Assembly: GCA_050253075.1 (NCBI GenBank)
Contig: JBFWJS010000006.1
Coordinates: 64,001-128,000 of the forward strand
DNA length: 64,000 bases
Source of the DNA: Deferribacterales bacterium
GTDB taxonomy: Bacteria > Chrysiogenota > Deferribacteres > Deferribacterales > Geovibrionaceae
Reading direction: 5' to 3'
The notes beneath the pieces were generated by a model, which was not told the origin of the DNA, did no database searches, and saw nothing but the letters and a program-made list of their open reading frames with translations. Positions 1 to 10,121 of the stretch are shown piece by piece (position 1 is the first letter of the stretch; each line of letters begins with the position of its first letter). The translations under genes were made by a program, and so were the position numbers.

Positions 1-71
1 GACAATTATGCACAAATCTTCGATCCGTGCTTTGCCATAAACAACCCATAATCGCCGATTTAACCGTTTTA

Positions 72-128
72 GTCATTCTGAATGAAATGAAGAATCTGTG
101 TATAGATCCTTCGCAGACTCAGGATGAC
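72..128. repeat. Palindromic REP/RPE-like extragenic element, copy 1
   Basis: GTCATTCTGA..AAGAATCT..AGATCCTT..TCAGGATGAC nested imperfect inverted repeats; related copy in opposite orientation at 59045-59125. Confidence 0.75.
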
Positions 129-149
129 AAACGCTGTAAAACTGCCTTA

Positions 150-1043
150 TCAGTTGAGCAGTTTCACTATCTTAAGGGGTGATGTACTCCCCTGCATATA
201 TTCTGCAAATGCGAGCAGTTCACCGTCGGGAGCAGACATAAAATACATCTTATGCTGTCCGTCGGGCAGTTTTATATAATTGTGGCTCTTAATAGAGACA
301 CCGTTCTTCACAAGTCTCACAGCGTCGGGGTGCACCTTTGCTATCCCCCAGCCTGTCGCCTCGGTCACAGATGTGAATGCGCTCTCAAGCTCGCCCTTCT
401 CTTTCAGCTCTTCCAGCTGAGAGAGCTTATAGGCTTTTGTCTGGTCGAAAGCACCGCTGACGGTACGTATCAGCCCGCTCATAACACCGTATGTGCCGAG
501 CATAAGCCCAGCCTCGTGTATAACGCTGCGGACGTATGTGCCCTTATAGCAGCCCATGCGAAACATCCCCTGCGGATACTCATAGCTCATCAGGGTTATT
601 TCGTTTATCTTCATGGTGCGCTTGCCTGCGTCCTCTATCTCCCCTTTGCGTGCGAGTTCATATGCGCGCTTGCCGTTTATCTTAACGGCGGAGTATGCAG
701 GGATGATGAGCTCGGGCTCACCGACAAAGCTCTTCAGGGTCTTTTCTACATCTTCGAAGCTCGGCTTTATATCGTCATTTCTCTCAAGAACATTACCCGT
801 GGTGTCAAAGCTGTCTGTGCTGTAGCCCAGCTCAAACTGTGCGACGTACTCCTTGTCAGAGGCCATCATATAGTCCACCAGCTTTGTGGCATAACCCACA
901 CAAACAGGCAAAACGCCCTCTGCCATAGGGTCGAGAGTGCCGAGGTGACCGCATTTTTTAATGCCTGTTATCCTGCGCACAGCCCTGACCACGTCAAAGG
1001 ATGTCTGGTCTTTCTCTTTGTAAATGTTTAATACGCCATTCAT
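150..1043 (-). CDS. truB: tRNA pseudouridine(55) synthase
   Basis: KKCGHLGTLDPMAEGVL catalytic Asp motif, KGTYVRS; follows rbfA. Confidence 0.97.
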   Translation of the reverse strand: MNGVLNIYKEKDQTSFDVVRAVRRITGIKKCGHLGTLDPMAEGVLPVCVGYATKLVDYMMASDKEYVAQFELGYSTDSFDTTGNVLERNDDIKPSFEDVEKTLKSFVGEPELIIPAYSAVKINGKRAYELARKGEIEDAGKRTMKINEITLMSYEYPQGMFRMGCYKGTYVRSVIHEAGLMLGTYGVMSGLIRTVSGAFDQTKAYKLSQLEELKEKGELESAFTSVTEATGWGIAKVHPDAVRLVKNGVSIKSHNYIKLPDGQHKMYFMSAPDGELLAFAEYMQGSTSPLKIVKLLN

Positions 1044-1378
1044 TACTGCTCAGTATTGATATCTTTCAAAAGTGTATCAATCTTCTGACCGTAATCTCCT
1101 GAATCGTCATAGATAAAGCGGAGGGTCGGCACTTTTTTCAGCCTGAGACCTTTAAGTATGCAGTGTCTGATGAACCCTGCAGACCTGTTCAAGCCTTTTT
1201 CAATGCCGTCTTTAGCACTTTTGTTATAAGTGCTGAAATAGACTTTTGCTATTGAGAGATCCTTTGTAACATCAAGCTTTGTTATAACAACATCCTTGAT
1301 CTTCGGGTCGTTAATTTCTTTGATAATAACGTCCATTATTTCAGAGCGTAAAAGCTCTCCTACTCTTTTGTCTCTCAA
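1043..1378 (-). CDS. rbfA: 30S ribosome-binding factor A
   Basis: DP..TKDLSIAKVY, GFIR, PTLRFIYD; TTG start with GGAG upstream; infB-rbfA-truB synteny. Confidence 0.95.
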   Translation of the reverse strand: MRDKRVGELLRSEIMDVIIKEINDPKIKDVVITKLDVTKDLSIAKVYFSTYNKSAKDGIEKGLNRSAGFIRHCILKGLRLKKVPTLRFIYDDSGDYGQKIDTLLKDINTEQ

Positions 1379-1494
1379 GCTGCAAAATCTCCTATTCTAT
1401 GCCGGAGGCACAGCAACGCACAGGCGTGCGAAACCATTACCACGGTCAGTGTTTAATTTATATACTCATTATATCCGAAAAAGCAAGCCGGAAA

Positions 1495-4400
1495 TTACTC
1501 TCCGGCGTTAGCAGCTTCTTCTCTTTCTCTCTTTTCAGCGTCCTTACGAACGTCTTCGAGTGTACGCTTCTCTTCTACCATGATGTAGAATTCGAAGTTA
1601 TCGCCTTCTTTAAGGTCGTTGTATTTATCAATACCTATACCACACTCGTATCCATGTGCCACTTCTTTGGCATCGTCTGTGAAACGTTTAAGGGATGAGA
1701 GCATACCGTCGTATACAACGATGGAATCTCTGATCACTCTTACGTGTGCATTTCTCTGAACCTTACCGTCTGTGACGTAAGAACCGGCGATCTTACCGAT
1801 CTTAGGCACGGAGAAGACCTGACGAACTTCCGCACGTCCGATAACTTCCTCACGCTCGGATGGGTCGAGGAGACCTTCCATAGCCTGTTTCACATCATCT
1901 ATCGCCTGATAGATTACGGAGTAAAGGTTAAGCTCGATGCCTTCCTGCTCGGCTTTAACACGTGCAGGTGCTCCGGGGCGAACGTTGAAGCCTATCACAA
2001 CTGCGTTTGAAGCAGATGCAAGGATAACGTCGTTTTCGGAGATACCGCCCACACCGCTGGAGATGATGTTTATCTTCACCTCCGGGTTGGAAAGTTTTAT
2101 AAGGGAGGATTTCAGAGCCTCAAGAGAACCCTGTACGTCTGCCTTAAGAACGATATTAAGTTCTTTCAGCTCGCCTTCCTTGATTTTATTGAAAAGATCC
2201 GCAAGACTGACCGCTGATTTCTCAGCAAGGTTTTTCTTACGTGCTTCGTCACTTCTAAGTTCTGCTACCTGACGTGCTGTTTTCTCATCAGGAGTAACGA
2301 CAAATCTGTCACCAGACTGAGGCACGCCGGAGAATCCCATTATCTCAACAGGAACAGAAAGCCCTGCTTCTTTAATGGATGCGCCTTTATAGTTAAACAT
2401 AGCTCTAACTTTACCGTATTCTGTACCGACTACGAAGTTATCGCCTTTATTCAGTGTACCTCTGCTGATGAGAACAGTAGCAACGGCACCCTTCTGCTTA
2501 TCCAGCTTGGATTCGATAACGATACCCTCGGCAAGAGCCTGAGGATTACCCTGCAGTTCGAGAAGCTCAGCTTCAAGGAGGACTCTCTCAAGGAGGTCTT
2601 CGATATGCAGGTTAGCCTTCGCAGATATCTCCTGGAACTGATAGTCACCGCCCCAGTCCTCGGATATAACTCCGTGTTCTGCGAGCTGGTTACGTACCAT
2701 ATCAGGGTTTGCGTTCTCTTTATCTATCTTGTTGATAGCGACGATCAGCTTAACGCCTGCGGCTTTAGCATGGTCTATCGCTTCTTTTGTCTGAGGCATA
2801 ACACCGTCGTCCGCAGCAACCACAAGGATTACAACGTCGGTAACGGATGCACCGCGCGCACGGAGTGTTGTGAACGCTTCGTGTCCGGGTGTATCAAGGA
2901 ATGTGATAGTTCCTTTATCCATCTTCACTTCGTAAGCACCGATGTGCTGTGTGATACCGCCCGCTTCGCCTTCAGCCACGGCTGTGCTTCTGATACGGTC
3001 AAGGAGGGATGTTTTACCGTGGTCAACGTGTCCCATAACAGTAACGATCGGCGGTCTCGGTACGAGGTCTTCAGGCTTGTCGTCGTGAGTAGGGATAAGG
3101 TCGTCCTCTGTGAGGAATTTAACCTTAACCTCTATGCCGTATTCCTCGCCGAGGAGTGTGGCTGTATCCGGGTCGATAGCCTGGTTTATACTTGCCATAA
3201 CGCCGAGCAGCATGAGCTTTTTAACGAGCTCTGTAGCCTTCACACCCATAAGTTTCGCAAGCTCGGAAACGACGATGTTCTCACCGACTGTTACGCTTGC
3301 AGGTCTTATGATAACCGGTTCGGGCTTTTCTTCTCTGCGTTTGCCTTTTTGTCTTTTCTGTTTTCTTCTGTTGTCCTGCTGAGGTTTTTTCTCTACAACT
3401 TTCTCTTCAACCTCTTCCGGAACTTCTTTATATTCAGCAGCTACATCTGTGTTTGACTCAAGTATCTGTCTTTCCAGTTCGAAAAGTTCTATCCCCTCGT
3501 CAAGACCCTTATGGATGTTCTTCTCTTTTTTAACTACAGGGGTTTTGACCTTTTTGGTCTCTACCGGAGCTGCTTTCGGTTTATCTTTGAGAATCTTTTT
3601 CTTTTCCAGAGCCAGTGCGCCTGTGTCGTCCACTCCCGGTTTTGGTCTAGGAGCGCCGCCCTGTGGTCCTCTATACGGAGGTCTGTCACCCTGCGGACGG
3701 TTATTATCTCTGTTGTACGGAGGTCTGTCACCCTGCGGACGGTTATCTCTGTTATACGGAGGTCTGTCGCCCTGAGGACGGTTGTCTCTGTTATACGGAG
3801 GTCTATCGCCCTGTGGACGGTTATTGTCTCTGTTATACGGAGGCCTATCGCCCTGTGGACGGTTATTATCTCTGTTGTACGGAGGTCTGTCGCCCTGCGG
3901 ACGGTTGTTGTCTCTGTTGTACTGAGGTCTGTCCCCCTGCGGACGGTTGTTGTCTCTGTTGTACTGAGGTCTGTCGCCCTGCGGACGGTTATTATCTCTG
4001 TTGTACTGAGGTCTGTCCCCCTGCTGGCGGTTGTCTCTGTTATTATCTCTGTTGTACTGAGGTCTGTCGCCTTGCTGGCGGTTATCTCTGTTATTGTCAC
4101 GGTTATACTGAGGTCTGTCGCCCTGCTGACGGTTATCGTTCTGCTGGGGCTGTTCACGTCTCTCAGGTCTCTCAGGTCTTTCGGCAGGAGCTTCTTTTTT
4201 AGGCTCTTCTGCTTTTACCTCTGGTGTAGGTTTCGGAGCTTCTTCTGCTTTCGGAGCAGCCTGAACCGGTGTTTCCACGGCTGGTTGTGGAGTTTCGGTT
4301 ACCTGCTCGTCCTTCATTTCTTCTCTGTGCTCGTCAACTTTGCGTATTGTTTTTTCAAGCTTCTTTTTTCTGTCCATGAGTTCCTGCTTGGATATCTTCT

Positions 4401-4665
4401 TAGGAGACGATGTATCCTCTCCTGAGCCCACCTTTACCTCTCTTGATCTAGGATGTCTCTTATGTCTTTCCATAGCTTTCTTCAGCATTTCCTGTCTTCT
4501 ATCGAGACGAAGATGCTTTGGATCTACCCCAAGAGCTTTAACGGCATCATCGCCGACGGTGTTATCGTCAGCAACTTTAAAGCCGCCGTCCTCTATTTTT
4601 TGTTTTACTTCATCTTCGCTGATGCCTGCTTTTTTCGCCACATCAGTTATTTTAATTCCAGCCAT
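1495..4665 (-). CDS. infB: Translation initiation factor IF-2
   Basis: [29 protein letters not shown] motifs; ATG 4665 preferred over GTG 4674 because GGAG lies 8 nt upstream. Confidence 0.98.
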   Translation of the reverse strand: MAGIKITDVAKKAGISEDEVKQKIEDGGFKVADDNTVGDDAVKALGVDPKHLRLDRRQEMLKKAMERHKRHPRSREVKVGSGEDTSSPKKISKQELMDRKKKLEKTIRKVDEHREEMKDEQVTETPQPAVETPVQAAPKAEEAPKPTPEVKAEEPKKEAPAERPERPERREQPQQNDNRQQGDRPQYNRDNNRDNRQQGDRPQYNRDNNRDNRQQGDRPQYNRDNNRPQGDRPQYNRDNNRPQGDRPQYNRDNNRPQGDRPPYNRDNNRPQGDRPPYNRDNNRPQGDRPPYNRDNRPQGDRPPYNRDNRPQGDRPPYNRDNNRPQGDRPPYRGPQGGAPRPKPGVDDTGALALEKKKILKDKPKAAPVETKKVKTPVVKKEKNIHKGLDEGIELFELERQILESNTDVAAEYKEVPEEVEEKVVEKKPQQDNRRKQKRQKGKRREEKPEPVIIRPASVTVGENIVVSELAKLMGVKATELVKKLMLLGVMASINQAIDPDTATLLGEEYGIEVKVKFLTEDDLIPTHDDKPEDLVPRPPIVTVMGHVDHGKTSLLDRIRSTAVAEGEAGGITQHIGAYEVKMDKGTITFLDTPGHEAFTTLRARGASVTDVVILVVAADDGVMPQTKEAIDHAKAAGVKLIVAINKIDKENANPDMVRNQLAEHGVISEDWGGDYQFQEISAKANLHIEDLLERVLLEAELLELQGNPQALAEGIVIESKLDKQKGAVATVLISRGTLNKGDNFVVGTEYGKVRAMFNYKGASIKEAGLSVPVEIMGFSGVPQSGDRFVVTPDEKTARQVAELRSDEARKKNLAEKSAVSLADLFNKIKEGELKELNIVLKADVQGSLEALKSSLIKLSNPEVKINIISSGVGGISENDVILASASNAVVIGFNVRPGAPARVKAEQEGIELNLYSVIYQAIDDVKQAMEGLLDPSEREEVIGRAEVRQVFSVPKIGKIAGSYVTDGKVQRNAHVRVIRDSIVVYDGMLSSLKRFTDDAKEVAHGYECGIGIDKYNDLKEGDNFEFYIMVEEKRTLEDVRKDAEKREREEAANAGE
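3672..4140 (-). repeat. In-frame tandem repeat in the infB N-domain, 11 copies of [PQ]QGDRP[PQ]YNRD(N)NR
   Basis: Counted from the translation; units of 39, 42 or 51 bp, last copy partial; boundaries approximate. Confidence 0.95.
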
Positions 4666-4670
4666 ATATT

Positions 4671-4913
4671 TCACTCCGTGTTACGGTTGCGCCTGTTCGC
4701 TTTCTGCAGAGACCTTTGCAGTTTATTTTTTTTGATGCCGGTATCTCTGCATTTATCATTCATGCAGACATAGGCTCCACGCCCGTGTCTGATCTGCCTT
4801 TCATCCTTACACACATCATCAGCAAATACAAAGCGTAAAAGCTCTGCCTTGGACTTTTTAGCCCCGCATGAGACACATGTTCTGATGGGAGTTTTGTCTC
4901 CCTTATTCTTCAT
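4671..4913 (-). CDS. ylxR: YlxR/RnpM (DUF448) RNA-binding protein
   Basis: PIRTCVSCG..LLRFV..GRGAYVC..C; lies between nusA and infB. Confidence 0.9.
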   Translation of the reverse strand: MKNKGDKTPIRTCVSCGAKKSKAELLRFVFADDVCKDERQIRHGRGAYVCMNDKCRDTGIKKNKLQRSLQKANRRNRNTE

Positions 4914-6258
4914 CTTCTGTGTCTGGCTCTATCTCCGCTGTTTCATCGTCTTCTTCGCCTGCGTCATCATCGAGTTCATCGAATTTGTTAGCGAGGTAGT
5001 CAAGCGCCATGTTGATAACAGAAACTGCTTCATCATCGTCGCACTCGAGAACTTCTGCCACTTCTTCAAAGCTGGCGTTAGAAAGTTTTTCTATATCGTC
5101 GTAACCGGCTCCTATAAGCCCGTTTTTAATATCTTCTGTAAGTCCGTCGAGGTTATCAAGGTTATACATTTCGTAGAAATCTTTGAGCTCCTGCTCCTGA
5201 TCCTGCATACGCTCTTTTCTGATCTCTGCGTATTCAGATTCTTTAAGTACGTCGAGTCTCCACTCTGTGAGCTTCGCAGCGAGACGTACGTTCTGGCCTT
5301 TTTTACCGATAGCCAGTGAAAGCTGATCATCAGGAACAACGATCTCGATAGTCTCTTCATCTTCGAAAATGTTTGTAAGGACAACCTCTGCAGGAGAGAT
5401 AGCATTACATACAAATTTGATAGAGTCGGGTGACCATTCGATAACGTCTATCTTTTCACCGCGCAGTTCGTTACTGATGGCGTTAATACGCACACCTTTA
5501 AGACCGATACATGCGCCCACGGGGTCGATGCTGCTGTTTGTTGTATAAACGGCAACTTTCGCTCTGTCACCGGGCTCACGGGAAACAGCTTTAACATCGA
5601 TGATACCTTCGAATACCTCAGGGATCTCTGTTTCAAAGAGTTTTCTCATGAACTCAGGGTGTGTTCTGGAAAGTATAAGCTGTGGCCAGCCTTTTACAAT
5701 TCTTATATCGAGAAGGAGCGCTCTAACATAGTCGCCTCTGTTAAAGAAATCTCCTCCGATCATCTCACGCTTAGGCAGGACAGCTTCTGTCTTACCGATG
5801 TTAACGATGAGGTTGTCTCTGTCTGTCTTAAGTACGACACCGTTGACGATCTCGCCGATCTTATCCTGAAACTGATCAAGAACGACCTGCTTCTCAGCGT
5901 CACGGAGTTTTTCAAAAAGTTTCTGCTTTGCAACGAGCGCTGCCTGACGGCCGAGCTCTTCGAGAGTAGTAGGAACCATGATAACGTCGCCGAGCTGTGG
6001 GTTTTCTTTGAACTCGTCAGCGTCATCGATGAATATCTCTGTCCATTTATCGTCAACACCCTCGCAGACCTCTTTAGGAAGAAGGATCTCGATAGTACCT
6101 TTATCGATATCAACAAATACATCAGGCTCAAGGAGTTTGCCGATCTTTCTTGCAACAGCAGCAAGTATGGCCTCTTCCAGTGCTTCCTGCAGAAGCTCTC
6201 TGGCTATGCCTTTCTCTCTGCCTATTTCGTCGACAACTTTTGTAAGTTCCTTGCTCAT
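4903..6258 (-). CDS. nusA: Transcription termination/antitermination factor NusA
   Basis: S1+KH motifs (LSRTHP, REPGDRAKVAV, DPVGACIG, LSLAIGKKGQNVRLA); acidic C-terminal extension. Confidence 0.98.
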   Translation of the reverse strand: MSKELTKVVDEIGREKGIARELLQEALEEAILAAVARKIGKLLEPDVFVDIDKGTIEILLPKEVCEGVDDKWTEIFIDDADEFKENPQLGDVIMVPTTLEELGRQAALVAKQKLFEKLRDAEKQVVLDQFQDKIGEIVNGVVLKTDRDNLIVNIGKTEAVLPKREMIGGDFFNRGDYVRALLLDIRIVKGWPQLILSRTHPEFMRKLFETEIPEVFEGIIDVKAVSREPGDRAKVAVYTTNSSIDPVGACIGLKGVRINAISNELRGEKIDVIEWSPDSIKFVCNAISPAEVVLTNIFEDEETIEIVVPDDQLSLAIGKKGQNVRLAAKLTEWRLDVLKESEYAEIRKERMQDQEQELKDFYEMYNLDNLDGLTEDIKNGLIGAGYDDIEKLSNASFEEVAEVLECDDDEAVSVINMALDYLANKFDELDDDAGEEDDETAEIEPDTEDEE

Positions 6259-6323
6259 TTCTCCTCCATGACAGAGAGCCGCCGCTCCCTGCGGATATAT
6301 ATATTATTATTAATTTTAAACAC

Positions 6324-6349
6324 AAAAAAAGTGGGCGCAATGCCCACTT
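6324..6349 (-). terminator. Intrinsic terminator/attenuator between rimP and nusA
   Basis: Minus strand AAGTGGGC-ATTGC-GCCCACTT ending in a T7 run. Confidence 0.75.
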
Positions 6350-6410
6350 CGTTTATATAGGTATCACAATAGTTCATATTTAGCAAGGTCTAATTTTAGC
6401 CAACCTTTAC

Positions 6411-6896
6411 CTATTCAAATTCTATCACGAGATTTGCCTTTGACACGTTATCCAAAGCGATATCAAAGGAGGTGCTCTCCTTTTCCACGTAAAGGGTGAC
6501 TTTACCTTCACCGCAAGATGCGATGTCTCCGGTATAGTTTTTACGTCCGGATGCGTCTTTATCCACGGTGATAATTTTACATTTTTTCCCGATAAACCTG
6601 ACAAAGTCCTTCTCAGTGCGGAGCGGACGCTCCAGCCCCGGTGTGGAAACCTCGAGCTGGTACTTATCAAAAGGTATCATGCTTTCGTCGCTGTCCAGAT
6701 ATGCAGATATGGCCTTGCTGGCTTCGGTGCAGTCTTCTATGCCTGCGCCCTCTTCTTTATCCACCGTGATGCGCAGTATCTTTCCGCTGCGCTCGCTGCG
6801 GAGTGTTATGTCGAAAAGCTCCATCCCTTTTTCTGCGAGGAGCTTCATTATTTCAGGTTTGATTTTGTTTACTATAAATTTGTTCGAGTTATTCAT
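6411..6896 (-). CDS. rimP: Ribosome maturation factor RimP
   Basis: IEDC..S, YQLEVSTPGLERPL..DFVRFIG. Confidence 0.95.
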   Translation of the reverse strand: MNNSNKFIVNKIKPEIMKLLAEKGMELFDITLRSERSGKILRITVDKEEGAGIEDCTEASKAISAYLDSDESMIPFDKYQLEVSTPGLERPLRTEKDFVRFIGKKCKIITVDKDASGRKNYTGDIASCGEGKVTLYVEKESTSFDIALDNVSKANLVIEFE

Positions 6897-7801
6897 CAGA
6901 TGAGAAAATATCCTTTTTCATATGGCTTTATACGCTCTATGAACTTGTTCGCCAGAGCCAGATCAGGGCATCCGTGACCGCCGAGGTATATGTTCGGCTT
7001 TATTCTGTCACCGTGGAAGTCACTCCCTGCGGTCATCAGCAGACCGTTCTCCGATGCGTATTTTTTAAAGTATTCTATGTCTTCGTCTTTGTGATAAGAG
7101 CTGTAGACCTCTATGCCGTCTATGCCGTCTATCACCAGCTCAGATATGTGCTTGTCCTTATACAGCCCGGGGTGGGCGATAACGAGGACAGACTTATTCT
7201 TGAGCTTGCCTATCGTCTCTTCGTAATCCATAAGGGGGACATCGACATATGCCACGCCCCCTTTGGTAAAATAGTCAAAATAGAAATTTGTATAAGGCGA
7301 ATCGGACTTCGGACCTTCGAGGTAATCGTAAAGAGCCTCTCTGTTTTCGGTATATTTGGAGAGCACCTTGAGAAGTGTAACCCCCGAAGGCATCTTGCCC
7401 CCTGCGGCCTTCATCACTTCGTGATAGTCCACTCTGAAACCGAGGTCCTGGAGCTTTTCCACACGCATCTCAGACTGCATGACCTTATTACGGTTATAAA
7501 CCTCTAATGCAGCGGCCATTGTAGGGCAGCTGTCGTCATAAGCATAGGAGATGACGTGTATCTCTCTGTCGCCCTTATAGAGCGAGAGCTCCACACCGTT
7601 AACGTATAATGTTTTACTGCCGTAACGCCCCTCATACCACTTCATAACATTAGCAGAAGCGAGGGAGTTGTGATCCGTGATGGAAAACATATTTATCCCT
7701 CTGGAACGCATAACAGTCAGTATTTCAAATGGTGTCAGCACACCGTCCGAGCTGTGGTCGGAATGTATGTGCAGATCAAACATATTTACGTTAAAGTCCA
7801 A
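6896..7801 (-). CDS. PHP-domain phosphoesterase (TrpH/YciV-like)
   Basis: DLHIHSDHSSDG, ITDHN, GVELS, AHPG, GSDFHG; start uncertain (TTG 7801 with SD, or ATG 7783). Confidence 0.85.
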   Translation of the reverse strand: MDFNVNMFDLHIHSDHSSDGVLTPFEILTVMRSRGINMFSITDHNSLASANVMKWYEGRYGSKTLYVNGVELSLYKGDREIHVISYAYDDSCPTMAAALEVYNRNKVMQSEMRVEKLQDLGFRVDYHEVMKAAGGKMPSGVTLLKVLSKYTENREALYDYLEGPKSDSPYTNFYFDYFTKGGVAYVDVPLMDYEETIGKLKNKSVLVIAHPGLYKDKHISELVIDGIDGIEVYSSYHKDEDIEYFKKYASENGLLMTAGSDFHGDRIKPNIYLGGHGCPDLALANKFIERIKPYEKGYFLI

Positions 7802-7814
7802 ATCCGTCTCCGAT

Positions 7815-8384
7815 TTAGATATTGTATCCGAGGTCAAAAGCCTTCATGTTCAGGTCTATTGTCTTAGGCGGAACCCTGTCACGGATAGCCTGCTCCCAAG
7901 CCTCCTTTTTAAAAGGAACGCTCTTGGCAAGTATGCCGAGGACGATCATTCCCGCTACTTTAGGGTTGCCTATCTCCATAGCTTTGGAGATGGCGTCCGT
8001 CTCATAGACCTTGCTGAATTTAGCTTTAACATCGGCGATCTTCTCTTCCGGATACTCCGCAGTGCCGTCCGCAACAGATGGCGGTGCAATAACCTGTGTG
8101 TTGAGTATCAGAACAGTCTTATCGTTATGATAATTCATATAACGCAGGAATTCCATTCTTTCGAATGAAACAATTATATCTGCGCTCTTTTCAGGTATGG
8201 TCGGTGAAAAGACTTCTTCGCCCACACGTATGTGTGTAACAACGCTTCCGCCCCTCTGAGCCATACCGTGTATCTCACTTTTTTTAACGTCGAATCCGTT
8301 TGCCAGAGCAACATCACAAACGATGTTACTGGAAAGTACAGTCCCCTGTCCGCCGACTCCGACCATAAGTATATCAAGTTTCAT
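7815..8384 (-). CDS. iorB: Indolepyruvate:ferredoxin oxidoreductase beta subunit
   Basis: GVGGQG, SEIHGMAQRGGSV, NMKAFDLG. Confidence 0.93.
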   Translation of the reverse strand: MKLDILMVGVGGQGTVLSSNIVCDVALANGFDVKKSEIHGMAQRGGSVVTHIRVGEEVFSPTIPEKSADIIVSFERMEFLRYMNYHNDKTVLILNTQVIAPPSVADGTAEYPEEKIADVKAKFSKVYETDAISKAMEIGNPKVAGMIVLGILAKSVPFKKEAWEQAIRDRVPPKTIDLNMKAFDLGYNI

Positions 8385-10121
8385 CTATTTGCCCCTCTGC
8401 TCTATAGCACCGAATTTACAAACCTTAATACAGAGGTGACATCCTGTACAAAGTGTTTCGTCTATGCTTGCCACTCTCTTCTCTTTATCCCAGAGGATGG
8501 CAGGACATCCGAGCTTTGTGCATATCGTACATCCGCTGCAGTTGTCTTCTTTGATGAAGTATGAAGGCTCTATAACGCTTCTGTCGGCAAATATACATGG
8601 TTTGTTTGTTATGATGACGCTAGGCTCTTTTTTGGATGTCTCCTCTTTCAGGACCTCCATGCAGGCTGTCACGTCGAACGGGTCTACGACACGGATATTC
8701 TCAGGCTTCACACCGATAGACTTGCAGAGTGTCACATAGTCGATCTTTGGTGTAGGTGCGCCGTGAATGTCGCATCCTGTACCTGCGTTCGGCTGGTGAC
8801 CTGTCATACCCGTGATGGTGTTATCGAGGATGATGGTCGTAGAATTTCCTTTGTTATAAACTGTGTTCACAAGACTGTTTATACCTGTGTGAAGGAATGT
8901 CGAGTCGCCGATAACGGCAACTGACTTCTCAGACATGCCCTCTTTCGCTTTATCAAGACCGTGTGCCATACCTATGGATGCACCCATACATACTGTCGTA
9001 TTGATAGCCTTGAGCGGCGGGAGAAGTCCGAGTGTGTAGCAGCCGATGTCTCCTGTTACGAAGAGCTTCAGCCTGTTTATTGCGTAGAACATTCCTCTGT
9101 GGGAACATCCGGGGCACATATTCGGCGGACGGAAAGGCAGGCTTGTATCAACCTCGACCTCGTATTCCTCTCCGCTGAAGAGTGATCTGACAGCGTCAAC
9201 GGAAAGCTCTCCGCAGAGGTCTCTATTGAGAGACTCCAGCTTTATTCCCGCTGCTTTTATCTCAGTTTCGATGAAAGGATCAAGCTCTTCCACTACATAA
9301 AGTTTATCTACCATCTCACTGAACTGTTTGATCTTTTTCATAGGGAGCGGCCACACCATATCGAGCTTCAGAGTGGAAGCCTCAGGCATTGCCTCACGCA
9401 CGTATGTATATGCCACGCCGGCACATATGATACCGACAGATTTATCTCTTACGGTAATTTTGTTATATTTATCGCCTTCTGCGAGCTCAGCGAGCTCTAC
9501 GAGTCTGTTTTCTACGATCTTATGCTTTCTGCGTGCATTAGCAGGTATCATAACCCACTTAGGGATATCGTTCTCAGGCTCGAAAGCAGGAGCTTCTATT
9601 CTGTCCTCCAGCTCTACGACTGTCTGTGTGTGGGATACACGTGTGCAGGAGCGGACGAGTACGGGTGTGCAGTATTCCTCGGATATGGCAAATCCGTCTT
9701 TGGTGAACTGCTTAGCCTCGGCACTGTCGCAAGGCTCGAACATAGGCATTTTGCCGAATCTTGCATAGTGTCTGCTGTCCTGCTCGTTTTGTGAGCTGTA
9801 CATGTTCGGGTCGTCGGCTACGATGGCCACGAGACCCGCATTTACTCCTGTGTAGGAGAGAGTCATAATAGGATCGGCAGCAACGTTAAGACCGACGTGC
9901 TTCATACATGTCATAGCACGCTTTCCGCCGAGGCTCGCACCTATGGCGACCTCCATAGCGACCTTCTCGTTTGTTGCCCACTCGGTATAAAATTCAGGAT
10001 ACTTGGAAGCATTTTCAGTTATTTCGGTACTTGGTGTTCCGGGATATGAACTTACTACACCGACCCCGGCCTCAAATGCGGCTCTGGCAAAAGCCTCATT
10101 GCCGCTCAAAACTTTTTTCAT
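8385..10121 (-). CDS. iorA: Indolepyruvate:ferredoxin oxidoreductase alpha subunit
   Basis: GNEAFAR, YPGTPSTE, MKHVGLNVAADP, CPGCSHR, GDIGC, GDSTFLH TPP motif, C-terminal 2x[4Fe-4S]; start 10121 gives TAATG coupling. Confidence 0.95.
   Translation of the reverse strand: MKKVLSGNEAFARAAFEAGVGVVSSYPGTPSTEITENASKYPEFYTEWATNEKVAMEVAIGASLGGKRAMTCMKHVGLNVAADPIMTLSYTGVNAGLVAIVADDPNMYSSQNEQDSRHYARFGKMPMFEPCDSAEAKQFTKDGFAISEEYCTPVLVRSCTRVSHTQTVVELEDRIEAPAFEPENDIPKWVMIPANARRKHKIVENRLVELAELAEGDKYNKITVRDKSVGIICAGVAYTYVREAMPEASTLKLDMVWPLPMKKIKQFSEMVDKLYVVEELDPFIETEIKAAGIKLESLNRDLCGELSVDAVRSLFSGEEYEVEVDTSLPFRPPNMCPGCSHRGMFYAINRLKLFVTGDIGCYTLGLLPPLKAINTTVCMGASIGMAHGLDKAKEGMSEKSVAVIGDSTFLHTGINSLVNTVYNKGNSTTIILDNTITGMTGHQPNAGTGCDIHGAPTPKIDYVTLCKSIGVKPENIRVVDPFDVTACMEVLKEETSKKEPSVIITNKPCIFADRSVIEPSYFIKEDNCSGCTICTKLGCPAILWDKEKRVASIDETLCTGCHLCIKVCKFGAIEQRGK

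Noticed and set aside
252..1031. Long plus-strand ORFs antisense to conserved genes (also 2605-3456, 45140-45916, 46237-47181, 61974-62687)
   Set aside because: They overlap well-supported genes and have no recognisable motifs; such shadows are expected from codon bias
3663..4202. Repeat array as a CRISPR, or the Cys-rich plus-strand ORF ([12 protein letters not shown]) as a metallothionein-like protein
   Set aside because: The repeats are contiguous with no unique spacers and no cas genes are present; the ORFs are antisense or alternate-frame shadows of the infB repeat
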